Part shown: one piece after another, positions 38,801 to 51,786 of the stretch
How positions within the stretch are numbered: position 1 is the first letter of the stretch
Layout of the letters: the number at the start of each line of letters is the position of its first letter
Source of the DNA: Vicugna vicugna
Lineage: Eukaryota
Reading direction: 5' to 3'
Assembly: GCA_013265495.1 (NCBI GenBank)
Contig: MU057887.1
Coordinates: 3,073,576-3,137,575, forward strand
DNA: 64,000 nucleotides
Position numbers and translations under genes: made by a program
The notes under the pieces: generated by a model
What the model was told of the DNA's origin: nothing
The model's input: only the letters and a program-made list of their open reading frames with translations
Database searches by the model: none

Positions 38801-41800
38801 TGAGTGTGCGCACAACTCCTACGGGCGGCGGCTGAGAGCAGCCGTCCCTGGAAACCAAGGTCCCAGGCTCGTGGGTGAGAAGTCCCAGGCCAGGCGCCCG
38901 CAGTCTGACTCCTCCCTTGGGGCCTCGGGGGACCCGGGGCTCAGGTCCTCTCTGACGCACGCCGGCCCAGCTCCCACGGCGCGCGCCCACCTGCCGAGCC
39001 CAGCCCGGTCCCTCCAGGTCGGCTGTCTTTCTGTGCCACACGAGTGGCAGGGGATCTTTCTGCCGAGTGGTTTCTGGTCTGCTGCTGATGGACCAGCTCT
39101 TTCCCAACAGAGCTCCCGCACCCTCAGGTTTCCTGTCTGTCGCCCCCGGCCTCTTCTTCACGGAGTATATGAATTGTAAATAAATGTTTGCATGCACGGG
39201 GTAGCTGCCGCTGGCAGGAAGCCTGTGTGTGTCCTCCTTGCGAATATAGATTTTCCCACTCCTGTGCAAGATGAATCATGTCCCCTAAATGCATCTGCTT
39301 TGTAAACCCAGATCTCCACACACCACATTCCCCGGGAACACAGCTTCCAGACAGGGAGACGCTCCTGAGTCCTCCTTGAGGATCATGTTCTGAGAAGGAA
39401 ACACATCTTCCGCAGACCCAGGACGGCTTAGGGCAGCTCAGCCGAGGGCTTCTCGGGCCCGACCTGCGCTGCCCCGGACACGGGCCCCGAAGGAAGCCTG
39501 TATGAGGAGCACGGCGCACCTCGGCTGGGCCCAGCGGCGCCACACCCTCATCGTCACCGCCTGTTCATTTCTGAGATCTGACCCTCATGTGCGACCCGGG
39601 AGTCCCGCCCAGCAGACGCTGCGTGACCTCAGACCTGTCGCCTTGTTGCATGGAAGCCCTACAATGTCCCGGCTCTACCAGGAGCTGGGGACACACACGG
39701 GCCCACGTCTCTGCTGCTGGGACTCCAGGCTGCCCTGAGGCACACGGGGTGAGACGGTGGCTGCACCAACTCCCCGTCAGGTGGCAGTGAGGGAGGGAGG
39801 GACCCAGGAACCCCACCCAGCTGCCCGACAGCCAAAGTCAACCTCAACGTGAACTTGGGGGCCACTGGCGCCCGGGACTTCGCTTCCCCACCTGTGAACG
39901 GAAGGTCTTCATGAGACTGACAACCAAGGGCGTTTGGGACAGCCACTCTCTCCCTAAGTTACTCCTGTCTCTCTCAATGCTGTGCGAGCTGGAAACAGGC
40001 TTTTGGTAAATGTGACCCTGAGCAGAGCTCCAGCTTGGAGCCCAGACAGTGGTCCAGAGGCTCAGGCCTCGGGAGAGGGGGTCCCACATTGGACCTCGCA
40101 TCCCACGCTCCATGTTCCGAGCCAGCGCATCATGGCCCCACCACACCTGCCAGGTCTGATGCTCTGGGTTTAAGGATCCTTCATGGTCACACCTCACATT
40201 GCAGGCAGGTGAGGCCAGGGGATGCGGGGAGCTGCTTGCTCAGGATGACACAACTGGCCTCCTCCGAAGGCGACCGTGTGGACGAGCTCAGAGCCACACG
40301 TCAGCCCAGCTGACACTGGGAAACTCTCATTGGAAGCATCCCCTTCACAGGAGTCACACAGGGCAGGTGGAGCTGCCCACTGCGTCCCTGTGACAGATGG
40401 GGCCCCTGGGAAGAAAGCTCGCATCCCCACACCCCCCGCAGGGCCTGCGTGGTAATTAATAGCCAGCCGAGGGAACTTGATTGCTGCTCCTGGGTCTAAA
40501 AATGGATAAACAACCATTACTGCCAGAGAGGTCCAGACCGCATTCATCACCATTACAGAGCGAAATTCCGCCCGTGCTTCTTAATCCATCACCGCGCTCG
40601 CCGGGGCTCCGGCCCCCTGGTCCCCGGGAGTGGACGGCAGTCGGCGGTGTGGGCCCGAGGCCAGGCATGATGGATGGCAGCTGCGGGCTCCAATCTGGAG
40701 AGGGTTGTCAGGGAGAGGACGGCTGCGCACGGCCTCCATCCCCGAAAGCAAATTTGCACATTGTGTAAACATCAGGAGCCGCCGCAGAGCATTCTGGGCT
40801 CAGACGGAAGGGGGAGCCCTGGGGCGGAGAGTGAAACCCAGCCCCGGCTCACTTGCCTGCTTTGTGACGGGAGGCAGGGCCGCGTGGAGACGCGCCTGCC
40901 GGCAGGTGCCAAGCACTCCTAGCACTGTCGCCTAGTGCCGGGACACGCCGGGCGATCCTGTCACCGGCGCCCGGCTCCGGGACGTGCGCTGGTTTCAGTG
41001 CTGATCATCACCAGCCTGTGCTCTTCCCTGTGCGTCCACGGACGAAGGCGCATCTTCACACTGTGTGACATCGATCATCTCACTGGAGGCAGAACTCGTG
41101 GGAGGACAGGGAGGAAGGCGAGGGAGGCCAAGGGGTGAAATACGCCGTCAGAGCCAGGAAGGCAGATTCAGGAGCCCTGGCGGGGACGGACGTGGCTAAT
41201 CACCCCCAGGTCTCTCCACCCAGCGGCATTTGTGCCACTGAAGCCACGCCTCATCCCCGCACCACCCCGAGAGCAGAGGGCCCGGCTCGTCTGCCTGGGG
41301 AAGGAGGGCCCCTGCTCCGGCCCCCAAGACAGGCCCAGCAGGCTGTCCCCCGTGACACCCCGACAGGCCCTCTCCAGCCACCGCGCTGCCCCTCAGCGTG
41401 CTCCCTGGACCAGCACCGTCGTCCCAGCCAAGGTCGCCAGCCCCTCCAAACCCCAGAACAGGTGGGCACCACCCTAGCTCAAGGTCCGCTCAGACAGCGG
41501 CGCCCACGCCCGGGTCTCCCTGCAGTCTCCTTGGGGCGCCGGCCGGCTTGTCCGGGGTCTGGTCAGACACGAGGCGCCCCCGGCCCACCCCGGTCCTGTG
41601 CACAAAGTCCCAGGGAGTCTGGAGGGCCCCAGGGGTGGGTGGGCTCCTGTTCAGGGCCGAGCCAGCATCATCCCAGCTGGTCACTCGGTGAACCTCCTCC
41701 AGGTGTGGTCCTGCCTTCTCCCCTCGGATGTGGAGGAAGCTGGAGCCTTCTGTCGGCCTCCGCCAGACGCCTGCAGAACACGCACAGAATCGTGCTCCCT

Positions 41801-42984
41801 CAGCTGTGACTACGAGACCGCGGGAGGCCGCCTGCATCCTCCGAACCCCAGCGTCCTCGTCTGAACATCGGGAGTGGGCACCACCTCGTGGGTTGCAGAG
41901 AGGATGGAGCCGTGACCACAGAGGCCAGTGCGTGGGAGGAGCTGATGGAGATAAAGACGGTTGAGAAGCCCCTGGCTCTGCCCTCTGAGCAAATCACGGG
42001 TGGAGGAGGTGCGGCTAAGACTCGTGGGAGACGAGAGTGAGCAGGACCAGATCTCAGGGGAAAGGCGCGCAGAAGGACTTGGGGGGGTGCAGGGGCGGCA
42101 GGCCCTGGCTTGAAGGAAGCTGGCAGATCTGCGGTGCAGGAGCGGTGCCTGGGGAGGGCCCCGTGCCTAATGTGCAGCCAGAGCCCGGGTGCAGCCGGCT
42201 GGACTCCCAGGCCCCACGATGGTGCGAGGCTCCATCTCACACGAGCCCGCCTGCTGGTGCCTGCTCCCTCCTCTCACCCCAAGTGTCCTCCAAAGAAAAG
42301 ACACCAGCCACCTCTCTCTGATGCCCCCACCCACTAAGTCCCGTGGTCGCTATAAGTCATAAGATACGGTCTCTGCCCTGTGCAGAGTGTCCGCTCTCCC
42401 ATGACTTTGTCCCTGCACCCTGGGGAGGGGGCTGGCTTCTCCTGTCTCCTGCCCCTCCCTTGGCCGCCGCTGGGGCCTCCGTGGCGGGAGGGAGGAGAGG
42501 ACACAGGCCAGTGAGGCTCCTGCCATGCACCTGACTGTCCCGTGTCCAGTGGGATTTGAAGGTGACCCTTGGAGGGCAGTGGCCCCAGCACAGTGCCCCT
42601 CCCCATAGAAGCCCCCTTTCCTTCCTCCATCTCTGCTCCAGAGGCTACACCCCCACCTCAGGCAGGGCATGAGGAACTGTCTGCCGCTGCCTTCCTCTGG
42701 TGCCCGACGTGTGCAGGCCAAGCAGAGCTGGGACCTGCCGCACCCCCACGTCCCCCTGTGGCCAGGAGAGCCTGGACAGTCGGGAAGAGGCCTGTGTTCA
42801 GCTCGCTCCCAGCTGCCTCCCTGCCTTCCGCACGCTGCCTGATGGGGGTCCCATCAGCCTCGGCCAGGCTGCGACAGGGGTGGTGGGGCTTGCAGAGAAA
42901 GAGTCCACGTGCCAGGGGCGGGACGGGGCCAGGGCAGGGGCAGAGCAGAGGTGGAAGTGGTCCGGGCTCGGGGGAAGGGCAGCG

Positions 42985-43410
42985 GGGCGGGCTGGGGGTA
43001 GTCCCCTAAACCTGTGTCCACCCAAACCTGTGAACGTGGCGTTCTCTGGGAAAAGGGTCTTTGCAGATGGGGCAGAGGAGGAGCCTGGAGGTGAGCCTCC
43101 CCTGGGTTACCTGGTGGGGCCTAAATCTAACGGCAAGCGTCCTTGTAGGAAAAGGCACGGGAGAGAAGCCACGTGTGGATGGCGGCAGAGATCGGGCCGA
43201 TGTGTCCACAGGCAAGGTCTCCTGGTGTCTCCAGTGACACCAGGAGCCGGGAGAGAGGCCCAGAAGGACCTCCCAGAGCCCTGGGGGCAGCCGGTCCCCC
43301 AGCACCTCAGCTGCGGACTTCTGGCCTCCAGACTGTGAGGGGAGCACGTTCTGTTGTTTCGGAACCCGGGATTTGTGGTCGTCTGCTGCTGCAGTCACGG
43401 GAAGCTCACG
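42985..43410 (+). mobile_element. MLT1-like (MaLR) LTR
   Basis: ACCTGTGAACGTGGCGTTCTCTGGGAAAAGGGTCTTTGCAGATG...GGACTTCTGGCCTCCAGACTGTGAG...TTCTGTTGTTT. Confidence 0.85.
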
Positions 43411-45119
43411 TGGGAAGGGTGCCCTCCCCTGGGATTTGGTGGTGTGACGGCCACCAAGGCGGGGGTGGGGGAGAGCAGAGAGGAGGGGGAGGGAAAAAAA
43501 AACAGCCTGGCATGCGACCTCCCGAGCGTGCTTTCCGGGGAAGAAGTTGCCAAGGGGCAGAATCCACCCCGTTGGCCCCTGGGGCCCGAGCCCCTGGTTG
43601 GAGTCAGATGCACAGCTGAAACAGCTGGCGGTGAGACTCAGGAGAGAGCCTGCCGACCTGAGCCTCGTCTCCTGGCCTATAAATGGGGGCCCCCCTGCCT
43701 GGGGGGTGGGGGCTGCGTCTGGCGCCTGGAATCTGACCACCTTGTGTCCTGCCCCTCAGCCTGTCCATCCTCCTCTGCCGTGCCCCTCCTCCCCTGCAGC
43801 CCCCAGGGAGACCGCCTTCCCCAGCGAGCTAGACTCGGGGGCTTCACGGGAAGACAAGGGTGCCTCTCCGTCTCCCCAGGCTCCGTCTCTGCCTCGCGTC
43901 GGTCGAAGGGAGAGACAGTTCAGGGTCTGCGTAGCCCGCAGCTCCCTCTCCGGTGGGCGCACAGCTTCGGAGCAGAATGCCTCCTCCAGTCGTGAAGTCA
44001 CAGAAGGTGTGGAAAGCGCATTTTGACGGCTTTTGAGCGGAGAGAAAACAAGTCCACGTGACACACAGGGGGACATCAGCGAGAAGGAATGTTCCCTTGT
44101 CACTGGGAGGAGAACGTTGTTCCCCTAACTGCGACCTAAATGCCGTTGTCTCCCCCCCTCCCCTCCCCCCGGGGGACGCGCCCAGTGTCTGGAGATGGTC
44201 GGGAAAGACTCTCTTGTCCCTGAGACCCCAGGGTGTCGCGGTTACCACCAGTCACACCCAGACCCTCGCCTGCCAGGCCCACTGTGAAGATGCCACAGGT
44301 CCAGCCCTGGCCCCCGATGCCCCCCGTGTGAGCCTGACTCCCGGGGTGTAGCTTAGGAGAACAGGTATGCCCCGACGACACGCACTTCCAGCCCAACACG
44401 GGGCTTCAGGGGCGCCAACTGGTGGCCTCCTCAGAGCTTTCCAGACCCGACGGAGCTGCAAGGCCTCGCTTCCGGATGGAGGGCAGAGGCATGGAGGGGC
44501 CCGCCCCGCCGACGCTCCGGCCAGGCGTCACCGTGGTCCTCACGCCCACCAGGACAGTCTCAGCTCGCAGAGCACCTGTGTGGGGCCGCCCTCAAGGCCG
44601 CAGCCAGGGCTGTACAGCTCGCGGGCTCACAGCCCTGACCTCCTGACCTCGCGGCCCCTGCCTCCGCGCTGGGCAGCCGGCCTAGAGCACAGCCCGAGCT
44701 CGGGGTGGGGCGCCGGGAGCCTCCGCAGAACCCGCCGCCCGGCGTGCCCACCTGCCCGAGCCGTGGGGCGCCCGGTGGCACACGCGGCAGGTCCTCTCTC
44801 AGGATGAGCTCAATCCACTCCCCGAGAGAACATTTCTATTTTTCCTAAAAATATCCGGACACTCCATATTCCGTTTCCTGTAGCCCACGGTACTGGGTGC
44901 CCAGAAAGATGCCGGTCAACACGAACGGAATGGGAGGAGGAAGGAGGGAGGGGAGGGGCGGGCCTCCTCCTGGGTGGGGTCCCTGGCACAGAGGGCGCAC
45001 GCGCAGCCCACCGCCCCTGGCACGCGAGGGGCGGCGGGGCATCAGTCCGGCTTCTCTGCGGGGACGTGGGGCCCTGCGGGCTCGGCCTGAGTCTCGGGCC
45101 CTGGGCTCCTGTCTGCCAC

Positions 45120-45450
45120 TGGTACAAATCGCCCTTCCAGGCCTGATATTGGCATTAATTAAATATTTCAATATTTGTATCTGAGAAAGAGCGCTGCAGC
45201 CCACCGCAGCCATCTCTGATTCGATTACCCAAGAAGGCTTCATGGCGACCCCTATAAGTGAATACATTTTCAACATTTTTTTTCCTGTTGAAGGTAATTT
45301 TCATGGCTGGTTTAACTTGCAAGGATGATAGAAAATATTAATAAAACATTTGATGTCTAAGTCGGGGTGGAAGGTTAATAAATTAGACGTCATATTTCAC
45401 TTCTGCTCACATGACGGTAATTGTTTTAAAAGGGATTAGTGGAGAAGGAG
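45120..45450. promoter_or_regulatory. Candidate conserved enhancer-like AT-rich island
   Basis: ATTAATTAAAT, TGATTCGATTA, TAATAAAA, TAATAAATTAG, GGTAATTG and GGGATTA clustered; sharp GC drop relative to the flanks. Confidence 0.5.
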
Positions 45451-45619
45451 GAAGCTTCTGGTGAAGTTTTGGAGTCATTGAAGGTCTGGAGGACCAGAGC
45501 CACCCTCGCCCACCTCTTTCACAGCTGGCGCTGCTGTGTGGGGTCCCAGAGGGAGGCAGACCCCCAGCGGCCTCTGGAAGGAGGGCGGTCTTGTATGAGG
45601 TGGCCGTGAGCACCAGCAC

Positions 45620-45710
45620 CTCACCTGGACGGGGAAACTGAGGTTCCGCCAGGTAAGTGGCACGTTGGGTCCCCAAGCTGGGTCAGTGACAAAGCCAGGA
45701 TCCTCCCTTC
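45620..45710. mobile_element. MIR core fragment
   Basis: GGGGAAACTGAGGTTCCGCCAGGTAAGTGGCACGTTGGGTCCCCAAGCTGG. Confidence 0.5.
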
Positions 45711-46216
45711 TCACCCGTGACCTTTCCAAACGCCCCGTCGGGGCGCAGCTGGGGGGATTCAGCAGGAGGCTGCGCTGTGTGTGGCCGGCGGGGATGCCCG
45801 GAGCCTGTCTGCCTCGTCCAGGTGTCGCGTCCCCTCCCCACCAGCAGAGGTGGTTCCAAACCTGTCACCCCTTCCCTGTGAGACGCTAATCTCGGAGAGC
45901 AAAGGTAATCCTGGAGAGAATCACGGGAAGCAGAGAGATGAGAAATATCTACAAAGATATGTTTTCCAAAAAGGGGCTGACTTTCTTGTGGAAGGAAGCA
46001 GTGAGGAGAGTGAAGGGATAGGATTCGGGGCTGAAGAGACAGTGATAGAGTGGGTCCAGGAGTCGGCTGGGGGCTGGGGGGGCTCCCCGGGAAGCTGGCC
46101 GGGTCTGGGTGGGGTGAATGTCCAGGCGGGGCCCCTCAGGGCACTGGGATGGGGTCCAGCAGGGAACATCATCAGTGAGAGGCAACCTCGGAGTGGGGAT
46201 GACCTGGCACCCCCGA

Positions 46217-46386
46217 CGCATGTGCACACACTTGACTCACACATGCAGATGTGCGTGCGTGCACACACGCGCACACAAACACACACAGACACACAGCGCA
46301 CTTGTGCAGAAATGCCGCACACTCACGTGCACACAAGACGCTCACCCAGTGCACACACAGACAGATGTGCACGTACATGTATGCAC
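46217..46386. repeat. Degenerate (CA/TG)n low-complexity tract
   Basis: Directly visible. Confidence 0.75.
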
Positions 46387-46775
46387 TTCACGGGCTTTTT
46401 GTGCAACAAAATTCACCCGGCCACCTGCGCCCTCAGGGGGCAGAGTCTCACAGCTGGTGATGGTGACACAAGCCAGTGCATTTTTGAACAAGGGCTCCAC
46501 GTTGCCCCTTCGCCCAGGGCCCCACCTACTGTACAGTTACTCCTGCCGCCTCTGCAGGCAGATAAGCAGAAATTTCCAGGGCTTTCCTCCCAGCAGACTG
46601 CAGGTATCCATGGGCTTCAGCGATCATCCTGGCCTGAGCCCCCACCCTCCCACCGCTGGAGGAGAGCGTGGCGTGCGCACAGCTGGGACGAGCGATGGCG
46701 AGGGCAGGGGAGTGATCTTATCAGCTTCCACGCACACGGTGCTATCGTAACAGCAAGCTTGCTGCACACAGCTCT

Positions 46776-47334
46776 TGAGGCGGGAAGCCCCGTGAAAAAG
46801 ACCAGCAGGACCCCCAGGCAGGGCCACCACTCTCCTGCCAGCACCGTCTGGCTCCCTGGCCCAGCGGCTTGATCTCGCTTTTTGCCTCTGAAACAGCTTA
46901 CTTCTAAGCAAGTGGAACTTACCCCAAAGATCCTATTGGTTCCCTGAGCTCACTCCTGATTGGCCAATTTGTAATACTTAATTTGCATGGGACTCACTCC
47001 TGATTGGTCCATTTCTATCACTCCTGATTGTCCCATTTCTACCACTCCTGATTGGTCCATTTCTATCAATCTCGATTGGTCCACTTCTACAAAGCTTGTT
47101 CCTAATGAGTCAACTTTTGTTACACCTTATTTGCATACGATGTTGCAAAGTGTAGACTGGCAGCCTATAAAGGCCTGTGTAAACCTTCAGACGGGGTCCA
47201 GAGCTTGGAGCGTTAACTCCTCTGGGCCCGCTGGTGTAATAAACTGAGTTCTCCAACTCTCCAAGTGCTGCTTGGTCTCTTGCCCGGATCCAGGTTGCTG
47301 TCACAACTGAGCTGTAACACACTTTGCTGCAACA
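46776..47334 (+). mobile_element. Solo LTR, ERV1-like family (copy C)
   Basis: Starts TGAGG, ends GCAACA; TSD CTCT on both sides; five intact plus one degenerate ATTGG unit, ATTTGCAT at 46981 and 47129, TGAGTCA at 47106, TATAAA at 47166, AATAAA at 47238. Confidence 0.93.
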
Positions 47335-47339
47335 CTCTT

Positions 47340-47590
47340 ACATCATGAGCTGATTTTACAGAACGTTTTCATTCCTCTGAAAAATGTCTGGCCGTCTATT
47401 GAACGTGAATCACGGTGCAATTAGACTCAATATTTACATAATCAGCTTTCTTGGAGCAGCAGTGAAATGTCACCATTTACAAAGCACTTTTAATTATTTG
47501 AAAAAATTACATGCCGGCTAGTACATTTTTTTGGCAATTAAAAATAATACCCACATGGAAGTTTTGCAAGGATGTGGATATTAAAACTCA
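47340..47590. promoter_or_regulatory. Candidate enhancer-like AT-rich island abutting LTR copy C
   Basis: CAATTA twice, TATTTAC, TAATCA and TTAATTA. Confidence 0.4.
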
Positions 47591-49074
47591 GTTACAGGGT
47601 TTGTACTTTCTGTCTCTGCACTCTGAGGATGCGGCCCCGGGCTCTGGACATGAAATGCACCAGGGTAGTAGCAGCCGAGGCTCAGCTCTGGACAAGCCCT
47701 CTTTCCTGCACGTCTGCCGCACTCCCACATGCCTGTGGATGGAGTCTGTCCACCGAGGATGAATTCCCCTTTTTTCAATGGGGTCGTGGCCCCACTGCCC
47801 CTCTAGGAAAGAGGTCCCCCACCTGCGAGTGCTCAGGTCTGGCCTCCCCCTGCGTTTGGGGCAGGTCCCGGGGACATGCTGCACCCCCACGATGGGGAGC
47901 TGGCTGAGTGGAGGCTGGGTGCTGGGCGCTGGGCAGGGCTCTGTGCAGACGAGCAGTGAGGCTGAACCTGGCAGGGTTTATGGAAAGTGAACCATTCCCA
48001 GACTCACAGAGGCCGTGTTCCCCAACACAGTGTTCCAACAGCTCTGATCAAGGAACCCACTTCACAGCAACAGAGGCAGGACAGTGGGCCCGTGGTCATG
48101 GAACCCGCTGGTCTCGCCGTGGCCCACCACCCTGAGCAGAGCTGCTCCCGTGCAGGGCGGGGTGGGGTGGGGCTCTCCAGAGGGCCGCCTACCCTCTGCA
48201 CCAGCATCATACATGGCGCCGTTTCTCCCCCGGCCGGAATTCAGGCGTCCAGGAATCCGGGAGTGGAAACCAGGATGAGACCACTGCCACCCCCCTGGCA
48301 AGATGCTTGCTTCCCGGCCCTGTGACCTCAGGCTCAGCTGGCCCAGCGTTCACAGTCCCAGAGGGAGGGTGCTTCCACCGGGAGGAACACAGTCATCCCA
48401 TTGCCCTGGACAGGGACTCTCACCAGCCCCTGTGGGTCCCCGCGGCCCTGGGTCAGCAGGCGGAGAAGGGGCGCCCGTGCTGGTGGGAGGAGCCTTGCTG
48501 CCACCTGGGGGAACCGGGCTGCAGCCTCACAGCAGAGGGAGGGGAGCGCGTCCAGATGTGGGGGGTCACTTAGGGCCTCGCCTGGTCTTGCCAGGCCCCG
48601 GGATACAGATCCACGGAAACAACCCCTCCAGGCGGGCAGGGGACACGGCCAGCAGGGGCGCCTGCAGAGACAAGGAGACTGCAGAGCAGGCAGCGAAGGG
48701 AGAGGAACACCCGCTATGCCCACGCGGCCGGTTACGGAACCAGGGCTTCCTCGATGGTGACGCACCTGCACACGTGTGCACACTTGTGCTGCGTGTGCCT
48801 CTACGCACAGCAAATGTCTCCGGTTTCTTCCCTTTCCCCTCATCATGTGACACCAGCTGTCTTGACTTTACAGCCTTGTTCACAAGTGTTGTTCACATCA
48901 CATCACAGTGTTGGTCACAGGACGTCTTGGAGAAGAGTGACTGCCGCCCCGGACCTCACCCCCTCTGGGGCAGGGTCAGCATGTTGGGGTTGTGCCGTGT
49001 TAGGGAGCAGTCTGATGGCATTGACATTTTTTTGGAGGTTCAACTTGATTAGAAGGAGGCGCCTGGGGCGAACC

Positions 49075-49415
49075 GTGATGGCTGCTTTCACGTGTCAGCT
49101 TGGACGGGCCCCAGTACCATGAAGTTAACCAAACGCTGGTCCAGGTGGTGTGTGAGGAATTCTGTAGACATGGTTGGCACTGACAGTCCGTCGATGCCCA
49201 GCACAGGAGACGGCCCTCCACTGTGTGGGTGGGCCTCGTCCAATCAGTTGATGGCCATAAGAGGAAACCGTGGAATCTCCTGGGAAGAAGGAACTCCACC
49301 TCAAGACTGCAGCATCCACTCTTCCCTCACTGGGCAGCCCTCGGTTTTCCCTCCGGGATGTCGACCCTGGCCCTCGAGGCCCGAGCGTGATAACAGGCTC
49401 CTAGTGTTTTGCTAG
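49075..49415 (+). mobile_element. MLT2-like (ERVL) LTR
   Basis: GTGATGGCTGCTTTCACGTGTCAGCTTG...TGTGGGTGGGCCTCGTCCAATCAGTTGA...GAAGAAGGAACTCCACCTCAAGACTGCAGCATC. Confidence 0.8.
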
Positions 49416-50609
49416 GGCAGGGGGGCATCCTCACCTCCTGGGATATGAAGATGCTGATGACCAGCTGCCCAGATGCACCTGCGGGGACGGCAGGTGGTGA
49501 CGGTAGTGCTCACAGGTGAATGCACGTAGCCCAGCCTCTCCTGGTCGGTGCCACACTGTGCTGTCCTCACCTGCACCGGGCCATCCCAGCCAGTCACCTG
49601 TCGGACACTCTGTGGACACATGTGCGATACAGGTGTGGAGGGACAGACAGGTGAGAAACAGGTGAGACATCACTGCTATGGAGGGAGCTGGGAGCCTGGG
49701 CCTTCGGGCCGCAGACTGAGCTCAAGCTGCTGGGAACTGAGTGGACCAGTCTGGAGGCCGTCCGCCTCGGACGCACAGGGCACTGGGATGTTCCCAGGAC
49801 CCGCGGCCAGTCCCTCCCAGGTGAGGGGACAGGACCCGGGATCGCCCACGTCCCGGAGCTGGCAGGGGGCGCGCCCAAGCTCATCTGTGCCCTGCCCTCC
49901 GTCAGCTCACCTGGCAGGGGGGCTGGGGCTGAGGGTCTTGCTTTACCTTGTCCTCCTTCCTCTGACGGCCCAGCGTCTGGCCGCTTCCTCACCTGCCCTG
50001 TGGTTCCAGGCGGACCAGTGGGGCAGCTGCACCGGCCGCCGCTCCCACATCAGTCAGGAGGTGATGGGGCCAGATGCCTGCAGTCTGGCCTGCTGGGAGC
50101 ACAGAGGGACCGAGGGAGTGGGGAAGACCCCGCCCAGCATCACCCCCGGGGCAGGTGGAGCCAAAGCCAGCCCCCCGCCGGCAGGACCGCAGCACCGAGC
50201 ACGGTCTGTCTCCAGACCCAGGGCTTGCATTCAACTCTTGTTTTGTTGACTATTTTTCCGTTTAATTCATTCATTAGTTTGGTTTCATGGTTGCAAAAAA
50301 AAGCTGGAAACCTGTGGGATTTACACTTAACGTAGTGAAAATCACCGAGGTCGGCACCGGTGTCTGCCGTGGCTGTTTGTTGCCTGGAGGAGGGTCTGTC
50401 TGCGGGATGGCACCGAGCTGCCGGCCCTCTGAGGTCAAGCACGTTCCCTGGCGGCGAGGGGCTTGTCCCTGGGGCCGCTGGCCTGCGGGGGCGGCTGCCA
50501 GCTGGGCTGTGGGCGCTGCCCCTCAGCCAGGGGGACCCAGGAGCCCGTCGGCCCCATCCTCCCCACCCCCAGCGTCTTCGGGGACCGAGTCCCAGCCTCC
50601 CCGAGGCTT

Positions 50610-50850
50610 GGGGGCATTAATTTAAAACAGCTGATTGCCAGTGAAAGGTCTCATCAAAGATTAAATAAGCATAATTTAACTGAGGGAAAGATAATAGATT
50701 TAGTTAAGAAGAGAAAAAAAGGAAAATTGAATTAGAATGCATATTTGAGGGAAAATTGGAGTTTAATATAATTACACTTAGAGATGAGATGGGTTACAAT
50801 TACCAGATTTCAGAGGTGGAATTGCTAATTGTATTATTTAAAATCAAGGC
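50610..50850. promoter_or_regulatory. Candidate enhancer-like AT-rich island
   Basis: ATTAATTTAA, ATCAAAG (TCF/LEF-like), GATTAAAT, GAATTAG and CTAATTG cluster. Confidence 0.4.
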
Positions 50851-51421
50851 TGGGTCTTTGCCCTGCAACAGGTCAGCGGAAGGGTCTGCAGGCCGGGAAG
50901 GAGGACCCATCCCGCCCGCCTCCTCCCACCATCACCTTCTCCCCATCTTCCAGGGTCAGGGTGACTGTCCCCCGCGCTGTGCCAGCGCCCCACAGGGGGC
51001 AGGATGGGGCCGGACATCGCTCAGGCCTGGGGCCCCACAGCCTGCAGGGAGGCAGCGCAGTCGGCTGGCAGACGGCTCACTGATTAGATTCTCCTCCGAG
51101 CTGATCCAGTCCCCTGGCAGGCGTGAGCTGTTACAGCAGCCAAAACCCTCATTCCCACCCACATCGGGCTTCCCAGATGGCGCCTCCGCTCTAGTCCCCA
51201 AGTGCTCACCTTCACAAGAGGTGACTTGCTTGCCTCTGGCACGCACAGGGCACAGATGTCAGTGACGGGCGGGCGCTCGGCACAGCACCCACACGTGCCC
51301 GTCTGCAGAGGGCAGGCGGGGAAGCGTCTGCGCCGGGCACGCCGAGACCGAGCATACAGCCCCACGCACGACTGTGTCTGGGGACAGCAGACCCCACAGC
51401 CAGGATTCTGAGCACAGTCAT

Positions 51422-51786
51422 TTACGGGCTGAGCCGGGTCCCTCAGAGTCAGATGCTGACGTCCCAGCCTCGAGGATCTCAGGACGTGGCCGCGTGTGGA
51501 GGGGCCTTTAGAGCGCTTGGCCAGGCGGACAGGAGGGGTGGTCCTGCTCCTGCACGGCTGGTGTCCCTCTAAGAGGAGATCGGGACAGGGCCACACGCAG
51601 GGAGGACCATGTGAAGATACGGGGAGAGGCCGGCTCCACCGGGCTGGGGCAGATGCTCCCCCAAGGGGCCAGCCCTGCTGACACCTTGGTCTCGGACCTC
51701 CAGGTCCAGAGGGTGGGAAACAGATTTCTGTCGTCTGAGACACCCAGCCTAGGGCGCTTTGCTTGGCAACCACAGGAAACTAACAA
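51422..51786 (+). mobile_element. MLT1-like (MaLR) LTR
   Basis: GACCATGTGAAGATACGGGGAGA...CCCTGCTGACACCTTGGTCTCGGACCTCCAG...ATTTCTGTCGTCT...GGAAACTAACA. Confidence 0.85.

Noticed and set aside
45781..46872. Longest ORF (363 aa); similarly the 357, 317, 307 and 305 aa ORFs
   Set aside because: No recognisable domain; they run through low-complexity or repeat sequence or are Pro/Gly/Arg/Ala-biased, as expected from stop-poor GC-rich DNA.
11896..47334. LTR copies B and C as the two ends of one provirus
   Set aside because: Each has its own TSD, they differ clearly in sequence, lie about 34 kb apart, and no gag/pol/env is visible between them.
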